Shown: positions 1-13,772, counted from the first letter of the stretch. The stretch is DNA of 64,000 nucleotides from Lepidodermella squamata (GCA_047495785.1 JBLDXI010000001.1:2852001-2916000), one strand, 5' to 3'. The notes: generated from the letters alone by a model not told the origin. Translations and numbers: made by a program.

Positions 1-762
1 GAGTAAACAAATTATTGGAAAAATGGCACTTTTTGATCATTTGCGTTTGGTGCCAACTATTGAAATTTGGTTCCGCTACAGCCAATTTTGGTTCCGCCAA
101 AAGATATTCTGTTTTTTACACATTTTCTTGAATAAATATGTTGAGGCCGAAAAATATTCTTTTAGTAGGAAAAACGATATCGTCCCGGATTATTTTCGCC
201 TGGACAGAGAAAAATGGGATGCCGAATAAAAAATTATTCCGCTTTCATTATTATTATTATCGGCCGCCTCCAAATGAGCTGCCCATCGGCATTTTGCCAA
301 TACTTAGATTACCATGACATGCGTATCAATTTTCGGCGACACAAGAGGCGCGTCCAATTACGCCGCTTCGGGTGCAATTTTCCGCGCGAATCGCCAATAT
401 ATGAGGAGAAAAAGTGCGCGTACTGAAAAAACAAGGCACTCTAATGAGTTTGTTCTTGTTCTGAGTTTTTTATTTCATTTTTTTCTGAACATAGCCGATT
501 TTTTTCTTCAAACGACAAAATCTCAGGAAATATAATATATTTATAATTATATCAAAAACGCGATGAAATAAATCCTCATAAAACGACCGTGGATTATATA
601 GAGAATAAACAAGATAGTAAATGATAGCCTCTCATTTTCGATGATGATGGTCACGTGAGATATTACGAAAAATTTGAACCTAAAAATTTTGTTTTTTTTT
701 CAAAGGGCTTGATCGTGGTTTAGTAACAAAATGCACGTTGTGTTTGTTAGTTGTTGTGATTC

Positions 763-3700
763 TCAGGCTACCGGATTTGCGAAGGATAGCTGAACTTCGT
801 CGAGACTTGTCGCACTGTAAGCCGCGTTAACACGGGTCGGTTCTTCCTTGCTGCTCAGCCCTGTTTCCAGGCAATTCTTCTTACTATCCATCGGGTCTGG
901 GCTGGCGGCTGAGGCCAACGTCGACTCGCTGAGGCTCGAATTCAAGTTACCGCTAGACACCATTGTGACCATAGTCGAGGCCGAGGCGGTTTTGCCGGGT
1001 TTCCGCCGGCCCCACAGCTCTAGGAAGTAGTCCGGGATTGTCTGGCCGCTCGGGGGTTTGTACAACAAGAAAGCGAGTAGGTACAACAGGAAGGCGAACG
1101 AATTGAGGCAAACGCATAGCGTTGTCAGCCGCATGGCCAAGTTCTTAGAGTCATACGTGAAACAAGCGCCTTGGTCGCTCGAGTTACAATATTCGCGTCT
1201 GAAACAAAAATCATTAATCATCTTTCATCTCGTAAAATGGGTGGATCTTATACCGAAAAATACAACTGAGATCAATGATGCGACCGATTAATAAAGGACC
1301 AGGTATATTGCCGAGAAATCTTTCCACCGATTGATTGAAAGCCAATGCCATAGAACGATCTTCATCGTGAACGCATCGCATCACAACTCCTGGAAAATGT
1401 ATTTAAATTACTACAAATTCTAGAATAAATACTAGGAATTTACCAGTCAATGGAACCGTCGTGAAAAATCCGCAGAACAACAGGAAAAACATGAGAATCA
1501 TTGCAGGGTAGAATTGCGGGCAGTACTGCTCGCAAATGCCTGGCGATAGTGAGTAAATATCGGGATCGCTAGCGTTGAGTTGCATCAAATCCGGCCGAGC
1601 TTCTAAGCATGTGCAGTTGGTGAAAACAGGAGACGGGTCTTTAGGCGAGAGGCGTTTCACTGTCTGGCAACCGGCGTGACAAGCACTAAGAAGAAGAACA
1701 GAAAATTATTTTAAAAAAAAATCAAATCAACACGACTTTTAATGCTCGAATCTATTGAGTCTTTATAGGCAAATTTAAAATCTCAAAAATATAATCGAAA
1801 TTTTTCAAAATTTCTAAATTTTCTCCTTCGCATGTCTAAAGAATCGGAAATTATAAATACCGAAGCTATTTCCGATATTATGGTATCAGGGTATTTTGGA
1901 TGCCATGGAAATTATAGCCAACTAAATATTATGAAAATTGTTCAACCGAAAGAAAAAACCGACGAAGCAGAGAAAATACCGAAAATACCAAACGGGTTTT
2001 TCGGGTTTTTTTGGTAAAAATTGATGAAAAATACCGAAGTCTCCAAAAAAGTTGCAAGTAGCAGCGAAACTTATGGGCGCTGAGGGCATTGAATTTTGGA
2101 GAAACAAATTCATTTATAAAAATCCCCACTAAAAATCTATGCCGGCTCTGCAGATCGCCTTAGTGTAGGCGTGAAAATCGGAGATTACCACGCTTCAAAT
2201 CTAAAAAAATTGTCTCTGAATCTATCATTTATGGAGTGAGATTAATGAAATTTTCCTCAAAGGTCATCAATTTTACTGGTATCTCAGTTTGTTTTATTTT
2301 TTTAGAATTCTAGAATTCAAGAAAAAAATTTGCGAGCCAATTAATTTAAAAAACTGTTATAATCGGTCATAAAAATTCAGATAAATCACGAAAAAATCAG
2401 CGTAAATTTCTGAAAATCTAAAATAATTTCCTCGCTCATATTTATTGAAACCCAAGAAAAAATCATTAATTTTGAGTTTATAGTTTAGTTTTGGACTTGT
2501 ATTTACCTGAAGAACTGAACATCGGTGGCCTTGTGGCAAACCGGGCGATAGGCGGTGGACGAGCAGTTGCAGGCGGCGTTGCACGTCGCGGCGAGGTTGC
2601 GCTGCGACGGCGCGGCGTTTTCGCGGCCGAACGCGGCGTAGTCGATGTTGATGCCGACGATGCGCTCCGTATCACAGTGCATCAGCAGCGAGAGCGAGAA
2701 GCCGAGCGACAGAAAGACGAAAACGGCGATCATGAGCAGCGTGCCGCGCACCGTCATCTCGAAGCGCTTCATCAAGTAGCCGCTGCCGACCGTCGCCGAG
2801 CAGATGCCGACGATTATGATCGCGCCAATTATGAAACCGGCTTTGCTTTCACTTACGTGAAATTGATTTTCTACAAATTCCAAAAAAAATATTTAAAAAA
2901 TATATTTTAGAATTTTCACTTTCCACTTTGGATTTCTTGCCAAAAAATAAGCAATATTTTGGACGAATTTTTTGAAGGGACACTAAAATTGAGCTAAAAT
3001 TTGAGAATTATTGCGATTTTGACTTTTTCCTTTCTTAATCGATGAGGATTCGTTGGACTGGAAAAACCGTATTTCTGGCTAAATTAAAGCGTGTCCCAGA
3101 AGTTGCGCAATTATTTTTTAATTTGGCACCATTTCGTAGGAAATTCAAATAATTTCATTGAATTGGATCTGCCGAGAGAGTATTCCATCTTTTACCTGCG
3201 ATTTAGCCGGAGAAATAAAAAATTTACTGGAGAAAACCCGGAAAACCCCGATGGTAACTGGTTCGGTAATTTTCGGTTTTTTATCCGTTTGGACCAAATT
3301 TCTCGGGAATTTTTCAATCCCAGTAAAATATAACATACATGACTTTTTTTTAATATTCCCGTGATTTTTCCGAATTTTTCAAAAAAATTCTGGCCATGAG
3401 ATATGACTTCGTCTCTCATTTCAGAGTTTCTGAATCCTTTTCCATGTATTTTCTTTGCTTGCGTTACTTTAATGGGACACGCTGTAATGTTGGACCCCCT
3501 AAAATTGAAGCATTGAACGCCCTTTTTATTTTTCTATTTCAACTTATGCAGACTCTGAAAATAGAAGAATTTGGAATCGCACTCTATTGTTTCTCAACTC
3601 AACAAGAGCCCCTCTAGGAATTACAGTAGAAAATGGACTTGTTTCATCTATCTTAATAAGCTCTGCGTAATTTTATTTACAGGCGTGTCGATCTTGAAAT

Positions 3701-5506
3701 AAAAAGTCCCACGTGGAATTTGAGTGGATGATTTTTTAAGACAAAAAAAAACGACTCGAAATTTACCGATAATTTTGACGAAGAAAGGTTGTGTGCCCTG
3801 ACTGAACAACGCGTGGGAGACGAGGGCGAGCGTGACGCAGACCAGCACCGGATTTGTGACGAGTTTAAGCAGTGAGTTGAGGAAGTCGACGACCGCTGTC
3901 ACGGCCCGCGATGACCCGTCAACAAGTTTCACCGATGAAAAAGAGACGGCATGCGTTTCACTGACGCGCTTGCTCCGCAACAGCGCCGTTTCCGGCATTT
4001 CATAGTCGAAACACGAAAAGCCGAAAACGATCAGCAAAAACGCTGCGCTGCATATTAAATAACCTAAAAAAAATCAGAAAAAATCTTAAATTAAAAATAC
4101 AAAAAATAGCCAAATTTCCTAATAAAATATTCAATAAAATCAAATAAATTCTAATAAATTCTAGAATAAAAATGTTAAAAAAATAATTTACCCAGCCACC
4201 AAGCCCCAACGTAATTTGGGTCAGCTGATTGCCGGGCGAATTGCGGCCAGTCAAGTCGGTCGAAATTGACGCTCATCGTAAGAAGGGCCGAGCCTGCGCC
4301 ATAGCCAGCCGCAGCGCCGACAGCCGTCGACAAAAAAGTGACGCCGATGTGGAGGCCGGACGAGGCCGGTTCGGAGAAGTCGTCGATGAAGGCGATGCCG
4401 ACCGTGTAAATAACGGCGCCGCCGACGCCCATTATAATCTGACCGGTGAGCAGGACCTGTTGCCAGTAGGCGGCCGGCGACCCGGCCGACCCAGCCTCCT
4501 CGCCGCCTGAGCAATGTTTTGATGTTGATGTTGAAGTCGAGAGCGGCGGCGTGTTCGTGTAATCACGCGCCAGACACACCGGCGTCTGGGTCAGGCCGCC
4601 ATTATACGGCGGCGCGACGAAATGCGGCAGCGCGAAGATGAGTGACCCAATTGTGAAGCAAATCGCTGAGAACATCAGCCATCTCGGTTTGTGTCTCCGA
4701 TCTAAATTTAAACATTAAAAATTATAATAATTCAGCAATAAAACCAATTAAATCATTAAAAAATTTTGAATTCTAAAATCCTTCGAAAATAATGAAAAAT
4801 TGAAATGTGTCAACGTAAATTTTTCCAAAATGTATCGAAAAAATGTAAAAAATGTATAAAAATTTCTCAGAATTTTATAAAATGCAGATTGACTTGGGTA
4901 GCCCTCAATTAACATGCGGAATTTGAAGAAATTTTCCAAATTTTAAACTCGAGCAAAAGTAATTTCTTCATCTAGATAATGAGAATAAAATTTAAAAATT
5001 AAGCTGTTTTCTCCTAATTTGCATGATCAATTTCAAATTTTCCGCAATATTTTACCTGCAAGATATGACAGGAAGACTGTGGCAGTCGCAGCAGCCAAAT
5101 CATAGGCGCTATTTAGCCAACCGGTTTCGACGCTACTAAGCCCAAACCGGCGTTCCAAACTGCCGGTATTCAACGGTGTCAGGCCGTTGACAACCACGCC
5201 TTGCAGAAACGCAAAGCAACACATTAGAAGCAGGGCGGTTTTGTAATTGTAAACCGGCTGTAGGCACGCCGGCTTCCAGCAGCACCAGCCACACCGCGGC
5301 GGCTCTTCGTCGGCGATTTTCCTATGATTTTCCGCCATCTCCGCCAATTTATTAGGCGTACTCGCGCCGCTGAGGCTGATTGATGACGTCGTTGAGGTCA
5401 GCGAGTGGGACAAGGCCGGAGAAGCGGCGGCCGCGTCCTCGGCGATTATCTCCTCGGCGAGTGCCAACTCGGCACAGCGCATAACGTCCGACGACACCGA
5501 AGTCAT
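763..5506 (-). CDS. Organic anion transporting polypeptide (OATP/SLCO, SLCO4-like), 7 coding exons
   Basis: In-frame GT-AG exons ~5056-5506, 4192-4701, 3767-4063, 2507-2870, 1444-1685, 1254-1389, 763-1198. OATP motifs CGWCCWKPACLQ, LERRFGLSS..G...SAYD, HKPRW, FIDD, YVGAWWLG, Kazal-like CNAACNCSSTAYRPVC..FFSACHAGC, GNIPGPLLIGRIIDLSC, GACFTYD. Confidence 0.95.
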
Positions 5507-8234
5507 ACTGCTGTCACGAATTGATTAAAAATCGCCGCCTCGGTTTCATCATCGCACGGTAAATAAATATACCTATTTAATAATTCCGAACGAGTGGATA
5601 AATAGCGAGAAAATATTATTAATAATTTATAAAGACGGACAACAAATTGTGTCGCGACTTGATTTATCGAAAAAAATGTTGGGACAAGAGAGAGAAAAAT
5701 AATATAAATGTGAATATTTAACTAAATCCTGCCATTATCTCTCACATGTATGGGTAAAATCGATATGGGCTTATCCTTCTGGAAGTTATTGAGAGATTAT
5801 GTGTGTATTCAATTTGAAGAAAGTAATACTAAAAGCTTGGAATATTAGTCATATTTCATCTCTTCTCAAGATCGAGGAGTTGATTGCAGTAAAATCTAAA
5901 AATAAAAACTTTTATTCACGATTGATCCTATGCCCTCGGCTCGCACCTGAATTACCGAATCATGAAAATATCACGAGTGGTTCTGTACGCCATCCGCGGC
6001 ATTGTTCTCATTAAACCGAGAGTGAAAAAATCAAGTAAATAAAAATTCGTAACGAGTCAACACCCGGGTAATAGCGCGCAAGAGAAAGGAATTTTAATAA
6101 ATAATTCATTAAGGTGGCGGCGTGTCACAGCGTCGCCGAAATAACATAAGAAGAAACAACATTCTTGTGCCATCGCATCATCAGCAGCAGAAGTCGCGAT
6201 GCTATTGCGGCAGGCGGCCGAGCCAACATCCGCGACGTCGGAGTATTTCGCGGGATGCGCGCGCGCGACGATACATCGATAATGAATACAAAGAACACAC
6301 CTGCTTGCGGTCCACACGTAAGGTAGGTATATATTGCAATAATAAATATTGCTGAAAAATGCAGCGGGGAACAAGAACGTGTGTTTACTATTAATACCTA
6401 TATCGCGCGGCGCGAATAAGGCGGCGAAGAAGAGATGTTGTTGGCAACAAAAGACGGCAATGCCATTATTCATCGCGTTGCATGTGATAAAAAGCCGCCT
6501 TAATAATAACAACACAAGGCGCAGTGTTGCTATTATTTGCTAATCGTGAGAGCCATAAATTGACGACAGTAAGTAAAAGGGAGTGGATGAGATGTTGCTG
6601 CCGTTGCCGCTGAAAATCTCGCACAGGTCACACACAACACGACACACGCGTCGGCGCAGGCTAATTACTAGCCATAAGCCTATAATATTTACCGCACGAC
6701 AATAAAACGCAGCACGACTATAATAAAGATGTGTGCAGTGATAACGCTTTGTTTGCAGTGTTTTTTCTTCCTTAACAATAGATGGTGGTGGCCTTTTCCA
6801 GGCAGGAAATAATATGAAAAAGTTCCAGGCCGAAAAAGCACTTGAGAAAACATAATTTTTTAGCAATCACGCCGTGTGAAATGATATATTCCGCAAGTAT
6901 AATATTGTATACAAATAATAATAAGCCAAATTTATGACCCAGGTGCAAAACTGCGGATGTTATTATTTATTGCGCTGGACACATCAGGTGCGCGCGCTCT
7001 TTTAGCCACCGTCATTTGAGGCACTAGTTTGATGTTATTTCGAACGCGCGCGCCGTCTGACATTATTAAACTAAAAAACTGCGCGGCACTTGTTGTTTAC
7101 GCGCACGGGTATTTTTGTGCACTAATAACATTAAAATAGGTAATTTTTGACACATAGGCACATATACACAAAGTGAAATACATCCAGTGATGAGGGCAGG
7201 AGTTGCTGATTTTTTACATGTCATATAGGTTCATCGCTATGTATTTTTTTGGCGGCGTGTAATAGATTTTTATCTCCAGTGATTTGAGTGCGCCGGCAAG
7301 TGCATGGCAAAGTGGCCATGGCGCATCGTTCTTGTCGAGTTGAGACGCCCTCGCACTAGTGACTGCTACTTATAAGCTACGCAGCGCGTCTCTCTTGCGA
7401 GTCTAACGCGGCCGAAAAAAGACGACACGAGACAATATAGTATAATTTCAAAGGGACGCCACAAACGCGGCTGATCCTATTACACTATACTATAGGCGAT
7501 AGTAACTAGAGGCATAAACAAATACTATCATCATCATAGTCATCATCATAACAATGACTCGACATTGAAACAAAATGCTAGCTTACTAGCTGGGAAAGAT
7601 GGGAAATGATAGAAGAACACAACATTAGCAGCTACAGCTGAATAAATGTCTCTTATATCGTTAGGCTCTTAGAAAACAAGAAATCGTGAGCTGTTTTACG
7701 CGTGACGACTGCTTGTGTAAGAGCGACAGAGAAACAGTCGTCGTTTTTGTGTATATCTCTTCTTACCATCATCTAATTCCGGTCAAATAATGCGCGGCAA
7801 AAGATGCCCCGTTTTTATTGCTACAACGCCGCGCATTTTTATATTTTATATGCGAAAAGAACGACAAGGCCTTAAAATAAAAGGCAATCCCATTATTTCA
7901 TGAAAATTGATCAAGCGGCCTGCGAAACGATGTTTACGCGTCAATTGAATTAAAAAACTTTTTTCGCGGCTGCTGCTCCGCAGCCAAGAAAATTTGGCAG
8001 CTAATTTTTAACACGGGTGTGCGTGTTTGCAAAAATTATCCAATTTAATACCTAAATTAAACGGCGCGTGATAAACCGTAAATAAAAATGAAAATTATTA
8101 TTTTGCATATACTGCGTCGCAAAAGCCCTTTCATTTTATTATTAACAACTGATGAAAGCAAATAATTTCATTAAATTTTAATTTGATATTATGATATTAT
8201 GCCAAGCCTGCTGTGCGTGTGCGTTTAAGGTGGC

Positions 8235-9101
8235 CTAAATTTTGGCAGACCACTGCAAAGCTTCGCTGTCGTAAATAACGCCAAACATGGCGGCAGGATG
8301 GCCGGTAGTTATGCATTTCTTGCCAAACTCTTGCCAGCGTTCCAAGCTATCGTCGGGTCGTGTTGCCAAGTAATTAGTCAAAGACGGCTTCGATGCTGCA
8401 ATTCGATCTATCAATTCCTTCAAAATCGGATGCTCTGAGTCAAAATCAGTGTAAATGATTTTCAGCTTGAGCGAAATGTCAAGCAAAGCCAAATCAGCCC
8501 AAGTTAGCTAAAAGAACAGAGTAAAACGAAATAATTTTTGAAAAATTCCAAACTCACCTCTTTTCCCGTTGCAAAAGAGCCCATACTTTGAATGAAAATA
8601 ACTTCAATATGACTTAAAAGGCGTTGGCATTCGCTCTCCAGCCTGTTTTCATTGGGGTTCGAAACGGCGACCATGAGGTTGTTATAAAGTTCGTTACAAG
8701 CTTCAACTACACTGTCTGCTAGAGCTCTTTGCAAAGCGGTAGTTCCATCCAAACCTGTTTCAACACGCTGTTCAAATGGTGTAGAGTAACTAACTGAAGA
8801 CTAACCGAATTGGTGAGCCAAATAGCGAGCAATCGCCATGCTTTGAGTAAGGGTGACCAATCCGTCGATCTCTAGAACGGGAAGGCGACTGTATGGCCGG
8901 TACCCTGAAAGTGAATAAATGCTGCATCAGCACTAATCATTTGATAATTAAAAATTTACGGGACGATAATTCGCCCCAATCATCGAATTGAATCCTGATG
9001 TCTTCGAATGGAAACTCAGCGTAGTGAAACAGAATTCGGCTTAACTCGGCTCTCCCGGAAATATCGAAATATTTCAGCTTATAGGTGTGTAAATGAGACA
9101 T
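8235..9101 (-). CDS. Glutathione S-transferase, sigma-class-like, 4 exons
   Basis: ATG at 9099-9101 gives MSHLHTYKLKYFDISGRAELSRILFHYAEFPFEDIRI, then PYSRLPVLEIDG..LTQSMAIARYLA, and C-terminal helical domain (ALADSVVE, LTWADLALLD, YLATRP), joined by three short introns. Confidence 0.93.
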
Positions 9102-9280
9102 ATCTCTCGTTATCTCTAGAATATGGAAAGAAAATGAAAAAAATCGAGTCTCTCAATTGAAGATTTTCAGCAATCAGCAATCAGCCGGACAGCGGTTGAT
9201 TCCTTTCGAGAGATGAAAGCTGAAGGCTGTTCCACGCTAAAGATTCTAGATTTTTAAGTTGATAGAAGCTGAAGGAAAAT

Positions 9281-9702
9281 GGGAGTGGTATTTCTTGCCA
9301 CCAGAATAAGATTTTCTGCCATGGGATTAGAATTTCATGCCACCAAATGTGTATATAAAAAAATTGCCATTAAAATGAGGTTTCTTGCCACCAAAGTAGT
9401 CACATCGCCGCCAAAACAAGGCTTACCCACCATGAATTTGAAATTTCTTTGGAATTGTTAAACACCCCCAAAGAAATCCTGTAAGTGGTTCTCAGTTACA
9501 AATTGTCTATGAATCTTGCAACGAATTCTAAGCCTATGTTCAGCTTGAAAATGCCCGAAAAAGCTTCAGCTAAAGCTCGCTGCGCTCGCTATTCAGGTGT
9601 TTTTCCGACCGCTAAATTTTCGAAGTCGCGGCTACATACAAACATTATCACCTCCAAAAATTAATCCCGGCTACGCGCGTGGTGGCAAAAAGCATTTCTC
9701 CC
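9281..9702. mobile_element. MITE-like element upstream of GST
   Basis: Imperfect terminal inverted repeats GGGAGTGGTATTTCTTGCCACCA / GTGGTGGCAAAAAGCATTTCTCCC and several internal TTGCCA(CCA) repeats at 9290-9420. No clear TSD. Confidence 0.45.
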
Positions 9703-10146
9703 AAATAAAATAGCCATTGATTGAGAGAAATAAGGCCATCATTGCATTTCATTCTGCCTCGGAACTTAGGTTCTGCTGAGAAAAATATCAAGGGTTAGTC
9801 AGCAGCTCGGATTTACGATAAGGGTTTCTCATACGGTTATAAGAACCATGGGAAAATCAGTCACCCAGCCATTATCAAAAACACGCACAACGCTTAGTTC
9901 GAAATTTCATTTGTTTTATTGATCAAAACTTGTAGAAAATCATTATTTCACCAGACAACAAACGACTCAAGGTAGGAATCGGCAATAAATTGTCATCTTT
10001 TTTCCTGCAACGAAATATAAAAAACACAACCTGAAAAATGAGCCTGATTGACTGAATTTCATTCAATTAAATTAGGCGTAATTTTTACGTAAAACATGAA
10101 AAACTGTTTCTCACAACCTTTTCCCGTCGAAAAATTAGCAAAAGCA

Positions 10147-12134
10147 TTATTGTAAAACATGAACAAGCACTATGAATAGCAAGTTGAGTAACGTTAACCG
10201 TTGCAAGCTAGCGTTTGAGCTTTGTTGAAGTGGCGTGAAATTCCAGTTGTCCAGGGTTTTCGCAATATATTCCTGCGGCCGGCAATCACGGTCGAAATTA
10301 TGGAAAGGAAGATCTTTGAGGCGCGTGAATATTTGAAAAACTCGTCGAATCTGAAATGAAAGGAAAAATTAATAAAATCCAAGTATCCGGAATTTAGCTT
10401 ATGAATTTTTACTTCAATATTTTCGATAAATGGAACCCCTTCTCTCACGAAAAATAAACAACGATGGAAACACGATTTGCTCGCGACCCGTCTAAACTTC
10501 AATTAGGTACCGTAGCCCATTTCAAGAGGGCCTTGGAGGAAAGGGCGAGTCGAGCAAGCCGTTTGCCGCGAACTCGGCCTGGGCACAGCTGTTGTTACCG
10601 TGGGCTGAATTCATACAGGCACCTGATTTTCCTTGGATCAAGCCGCTGAAGGTGGCTATTGCTAAGAAGTACCACAAATGGATGGCCGAAGAGATGGACA
10701 AAGCAGGCACTCGAGGAGGTAATTAAAACCCTCGCCCTTCGAATTGGTTTGTCAATGGGTTAGCGAGGCGGGGTGGGAGGATCTAAATGCGCCACTGGTT
10801 CCTAAGTCGTTCCGGTCTGTAGTATCAAGTATCAATGCTGTGGATGGTAGCGAGGACAACGAGATCTCCTGCATGAAACCCGGCAACGGGGCGATCAAGA
10901 TTCTGCAAGCCAAAAATCAAAAGCCGATCGTGCCACTGTATTTTGTTGGATGCGAGGTGTTAGATGCTGCCTAATCCCAATGCAGACCTTCGCGCTAGGC
11001 GATTGGCCGCCAAGGAAAAAGCCGTCGCATTTACGATTTCGGCCGTAGCTGCAAAAACGTTCAGCAAAACTTCTGACAGCATTTTCAAGCCAAAAAATCA
11101 TACACGCCTTCTCTGTTACTGAACGTGCTGTTCAAAACCTAATCTGATTTCACAAACTACCAGTAACTACCTTACATTGGTAGCAGCGGTTGCGAAAACG
11201 ATGACGTGAAATTAGTTCACGAGGATGATGATGATGATGATTCGTATTTTCGAATTCGATAGAATTTAAGCGAGTGCCATCCAAAAAAATCGCCCATCTC
11301 TATCAGTAGCCCACTTTTTGGAATTTTCGGGGTTACAAATTAAAGCGGCTGCTATTGGAACAATTACGGTATGTATAATTTTACCGTTAAATCACAATAA
11401 TTTTCGAAAAATAGTTGTTACGGAGAACTAACCTCTTTTCCGAGCCAGTCAGCATAAAACGTTTTCAGCCCATTTTGCGCAGATTTCTTACACGCAGCTT
11501 GAATTCCGAGCAAAACGCAATCGATGACGCGTTCGAACAAAGTGCAAACACTCGTCGCCTGCGAGTTATCAATGGCTAGAAAGGCCTCAGTCGTGATGCA
11601 TTTCGGCGATCTCAGGTACGACGAGTAGTCCAGCATACAATACCGATATTCTGCATAATCATACATTCTCTGCTGATCGTCGCATAGCGTTGAGCCGGGG
11701 AATAACAGAATCAGAACGTTCGACAGCGAATTAAAAGCCGGGTTGTTAGAAATCAGCCGAACTCGCTCGATTAGACCAGTCGAATCTCGCCAGAGCGTAG
11801 TCGGGGTGACGCGAGACCGCCATAACGTGTCATTTACCAGCTGAGTGAACGTTAAACAGCGATAGCTCGATTTGGCTTTATTTATCGCGCATTGAATAAA
11901 TTTTTGTAAGGCAGCCTGATTTTCGGTTGAGCACAACGCGTCTCGAACGCGGAAAGTTTTCGCCTCTTGTACGTTGATAGCTTGATCGACTCGGTCGACA
12001 GCATCTGTGAGGGTGATATCAGGTGGGCACTTTTCTTTGATCGCCCAATAATCACACGGCTCGGGCTCCATCGATTGTGCGATGCAAATTGAGATCAGAT
12101 TCAACAAAATCACAACAGTTGGCTTCCATTTCAT
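10147..12134 (-). CDS. Orphan secreted Cys-rich protein with probable GPI-anchor signal, 2 exons
   Basis: Signal peptide MKWKPTVVILLNLISICIAQ and spaced Cys in exon 11433-12134. Phase-0 splice to exon 10147-10350 reads IRRVFQ...DCRPQEY...QQSSNASLQRLTLLNLLFIVLVHVLQ* (small-residue site followed by hydrophobic tail). Confidence 0.8.
10510..11369 (+). mobile_element. Degenerate pogo/Tigger-like (Tc1-mariner superfamily) DNA transposon remnant in an intron
   Basis: Broken translation ~10630-10900: KPLKVAIAKKYHKWMAE..TRGGN*KPSPFELVCQWVSEAGWEDL...KSF...NAVDGSEDNEISC, matching the C-terminus of pogo DDE_1 transposases. Flanked by TA|CCGTA ... TACGG|TA. Confidence 0.75.
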
Positions 12135-12245
12135 TTTAAGGATTAACCCTATACGAGAAGAGCAGAACATTCAGCAAAATCGACTTCAATTTATCATTGC
12201 AACAGTCAAGCTCAAGATGGAAAAAATAATTGCTAACATCCGATT

Positions 12246-13772
12246 CTAATTAGATCGCAACATTTGATAAAGCCTCGAGTTAGCTTTCAAATACTCAATA
12301 ATTTCGTCTTTGCTGAGCGAATCTTGGTCACTAATAGCCTTGTCAATAGCAATGACCCCAATCAGAATTTCACATTTCCCAGCAGTATTGACAACTATAT
12401 TAATATCCGATTCTGATGATTTGAAACGTTTAGATTCAAGGATCCACTCGCCAGAGTTTGAGGCGTTGAAAGGCAGAGAGCAAAAAGTTTGAGAACCATC
12501 CACCGACTCGAGTACTATCGCGCCACCGTTGTCGCAGCAAATGACTTGGTAGGCAACGACTACGTGATAATAAATATCGATTTCAACCAAAGAAATCGGA
12601 AAAACATCGATCTTGCCGGCTGAATTGAGCGAAATTTCTAAGCATGAGCTGCCCATAAATGCTGTTTTATCTGTTATTGAACAAGTTTCAGAGCTTGAAG
12701 TGTGGCATGGGGATTGTATGGCAAGATTATAACAGGGCGGATTATCGCATTTAACGCCGAGCCAGTAAGAATCTTTGACATTGCTAGTACAGAATGAAGT
12801 AAGAAAAGGTACCGCGAATCGCTTTTTTGCAGGCAACAAGCTTGCAAGGTCTCTCCAGAATGTTTGCTGATTTCTCAAGAAATCGCAGCTCGGCAACGTT
12901 TCGAAGACCCATCCAAAAGCAAAAATCGCAATCGATAAGTTCGCTTCGACAGCTTTCTCTACTGCTAATTTCGTGTCAAAGCCCCCGCCCCCGTAGCAAT
13001 TTCTGCCGAAAACGTCAATTCCAACGTAAACATCAAACTGCCGATTTGTTGCCTTGGCTAGCTCGAATGAATTGCTCAAGTTTTCCGGAGTCCAGGTGTA
13101 ATTGAGAAAAATTCCATCACATGCATTGAAATAAGCTTCGTTAAGAGAATTGAGTTCATTCTGCCATTTCAATTTGCCATCAGGATAAGTAACGCTGTCG
13201 TACCATAATGTTATACCCCCGCTGATAGCCTGTCGGATTTTCTCGGCCAATCGTTGAGTTAATCGAAGAACCAAATCTGTCTGGCCGCAAACTTTATTTT
13301 CGATATTCAACAACCAGCCATCAAAACCATAATGAACAGCTATTTCTACAAGCTTATCAACGAGACCATCGATAACTTCAATACTATTAAGCTGATTCTT
13401 CCATATTTCAAGACCAGTATCGAACTCCGTGATGAAAGTGCCAATAACTTTCACTCCATTAGCTTTGGCAACTTCAATCCAAGAGCGTGGAGGAATGGTA
13501 ACGAATTCATGAGAGAAATAAGTAAATATGTCAACAGAGCGCCAGTTCCAAAACGAAAACCCGAATCCTTCCTCCTCAATGCAACCACATCCTTCGTCAA
13601 ATCTATCGGCCAAGTAGCCACCTTTCATGTCATGGCAAAGCAAAACTTTAGCACGATCAGAAGTTGTGTCTTGTTTTACATAACGGGTATAAAATTCAGC
13701 TCTCTGGCCTTGTGGCTGCCAAGACATCAAATCTGCCAGCGTTTTCAGTGGGAGTGTGCATTTTTGGGCCAT
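12246..13772 (-). CDS. ENGASE: Cytosolic endo-beta-N-acetylglucosaminidase (GH85)
   Basis: Single-exon 508-aa ORF with VLLCHDMKGGY, DIFTYFSHEFVTIPP, catalytic YGFDGWLLNIE, WYDSVT..GKLKWQNELN, DGIFLNYTW, VYVGIDVFGR. Confidence 0.96.
   Translation of the reverse strand: MAQKCTLPLKTLADLMSWQPQGQRAEFYTRYVKQDTTSDRAKVLLCHDMKGGYLADRFDEGCGCIEEEGFGFSFWNWRSVDIFTYFSHEFVTIPPRSWIEVAKANGVKVIGTFITEFDTGLEIWKNQLNSIEVIDGLVDKLVEIAVHYGFDGWLLNIENKVCGQTDLVLRLTQRLAEKIRQAISGGITLWYDSVTYPDGKLKWQNELNSLNEAYFNACDGIFLNYTWTPENLSNSFELAKATNRQFDVYVGIDVFGRNCYGGGGFDTKLAVEKAVEANLSIAIFAFGWVFETLPSCDFLRNQQTFWRDLASLLPAKKRFAVPFLTSFCTSNVKDSYWLGVKCDNPPCYNLAIQSPCHTSSSETCSITDKTAFMGSSCLEISLNSAGKIDVFPISLVEIDIYYHVVVAYQVICCDNGGAIVLESVDGSQTFCSLPFNASNSGEWILESKRFKSSESDINIVVNTAGKCEILIGVIAIDKAISDQDSLSKDEIIEYLKANSRLYQMLRSN

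Noticed and set aside
1945-3295. Related GAAAA(T/C)CCG / CGG(G/T)TTTT patches in two OATP introns
   Set aside because: Probably old MITE remnants, but too degenerate to define ends or family.
5800-8200. Short ORFs upstream of the first OATP (also 26000-28900 and 61800-64000)
   Set aside because: No domain motifs or consistent exon chain; they look like non-coding regulatory or UTR/intron sequence.
12246-13772. Horizontal bacterial origin of the intronless ENGase
   Set aside because: The CHDMKGGY-type N-terminus and lack of signal peptide match eukaryotic cytosolic ENGases.
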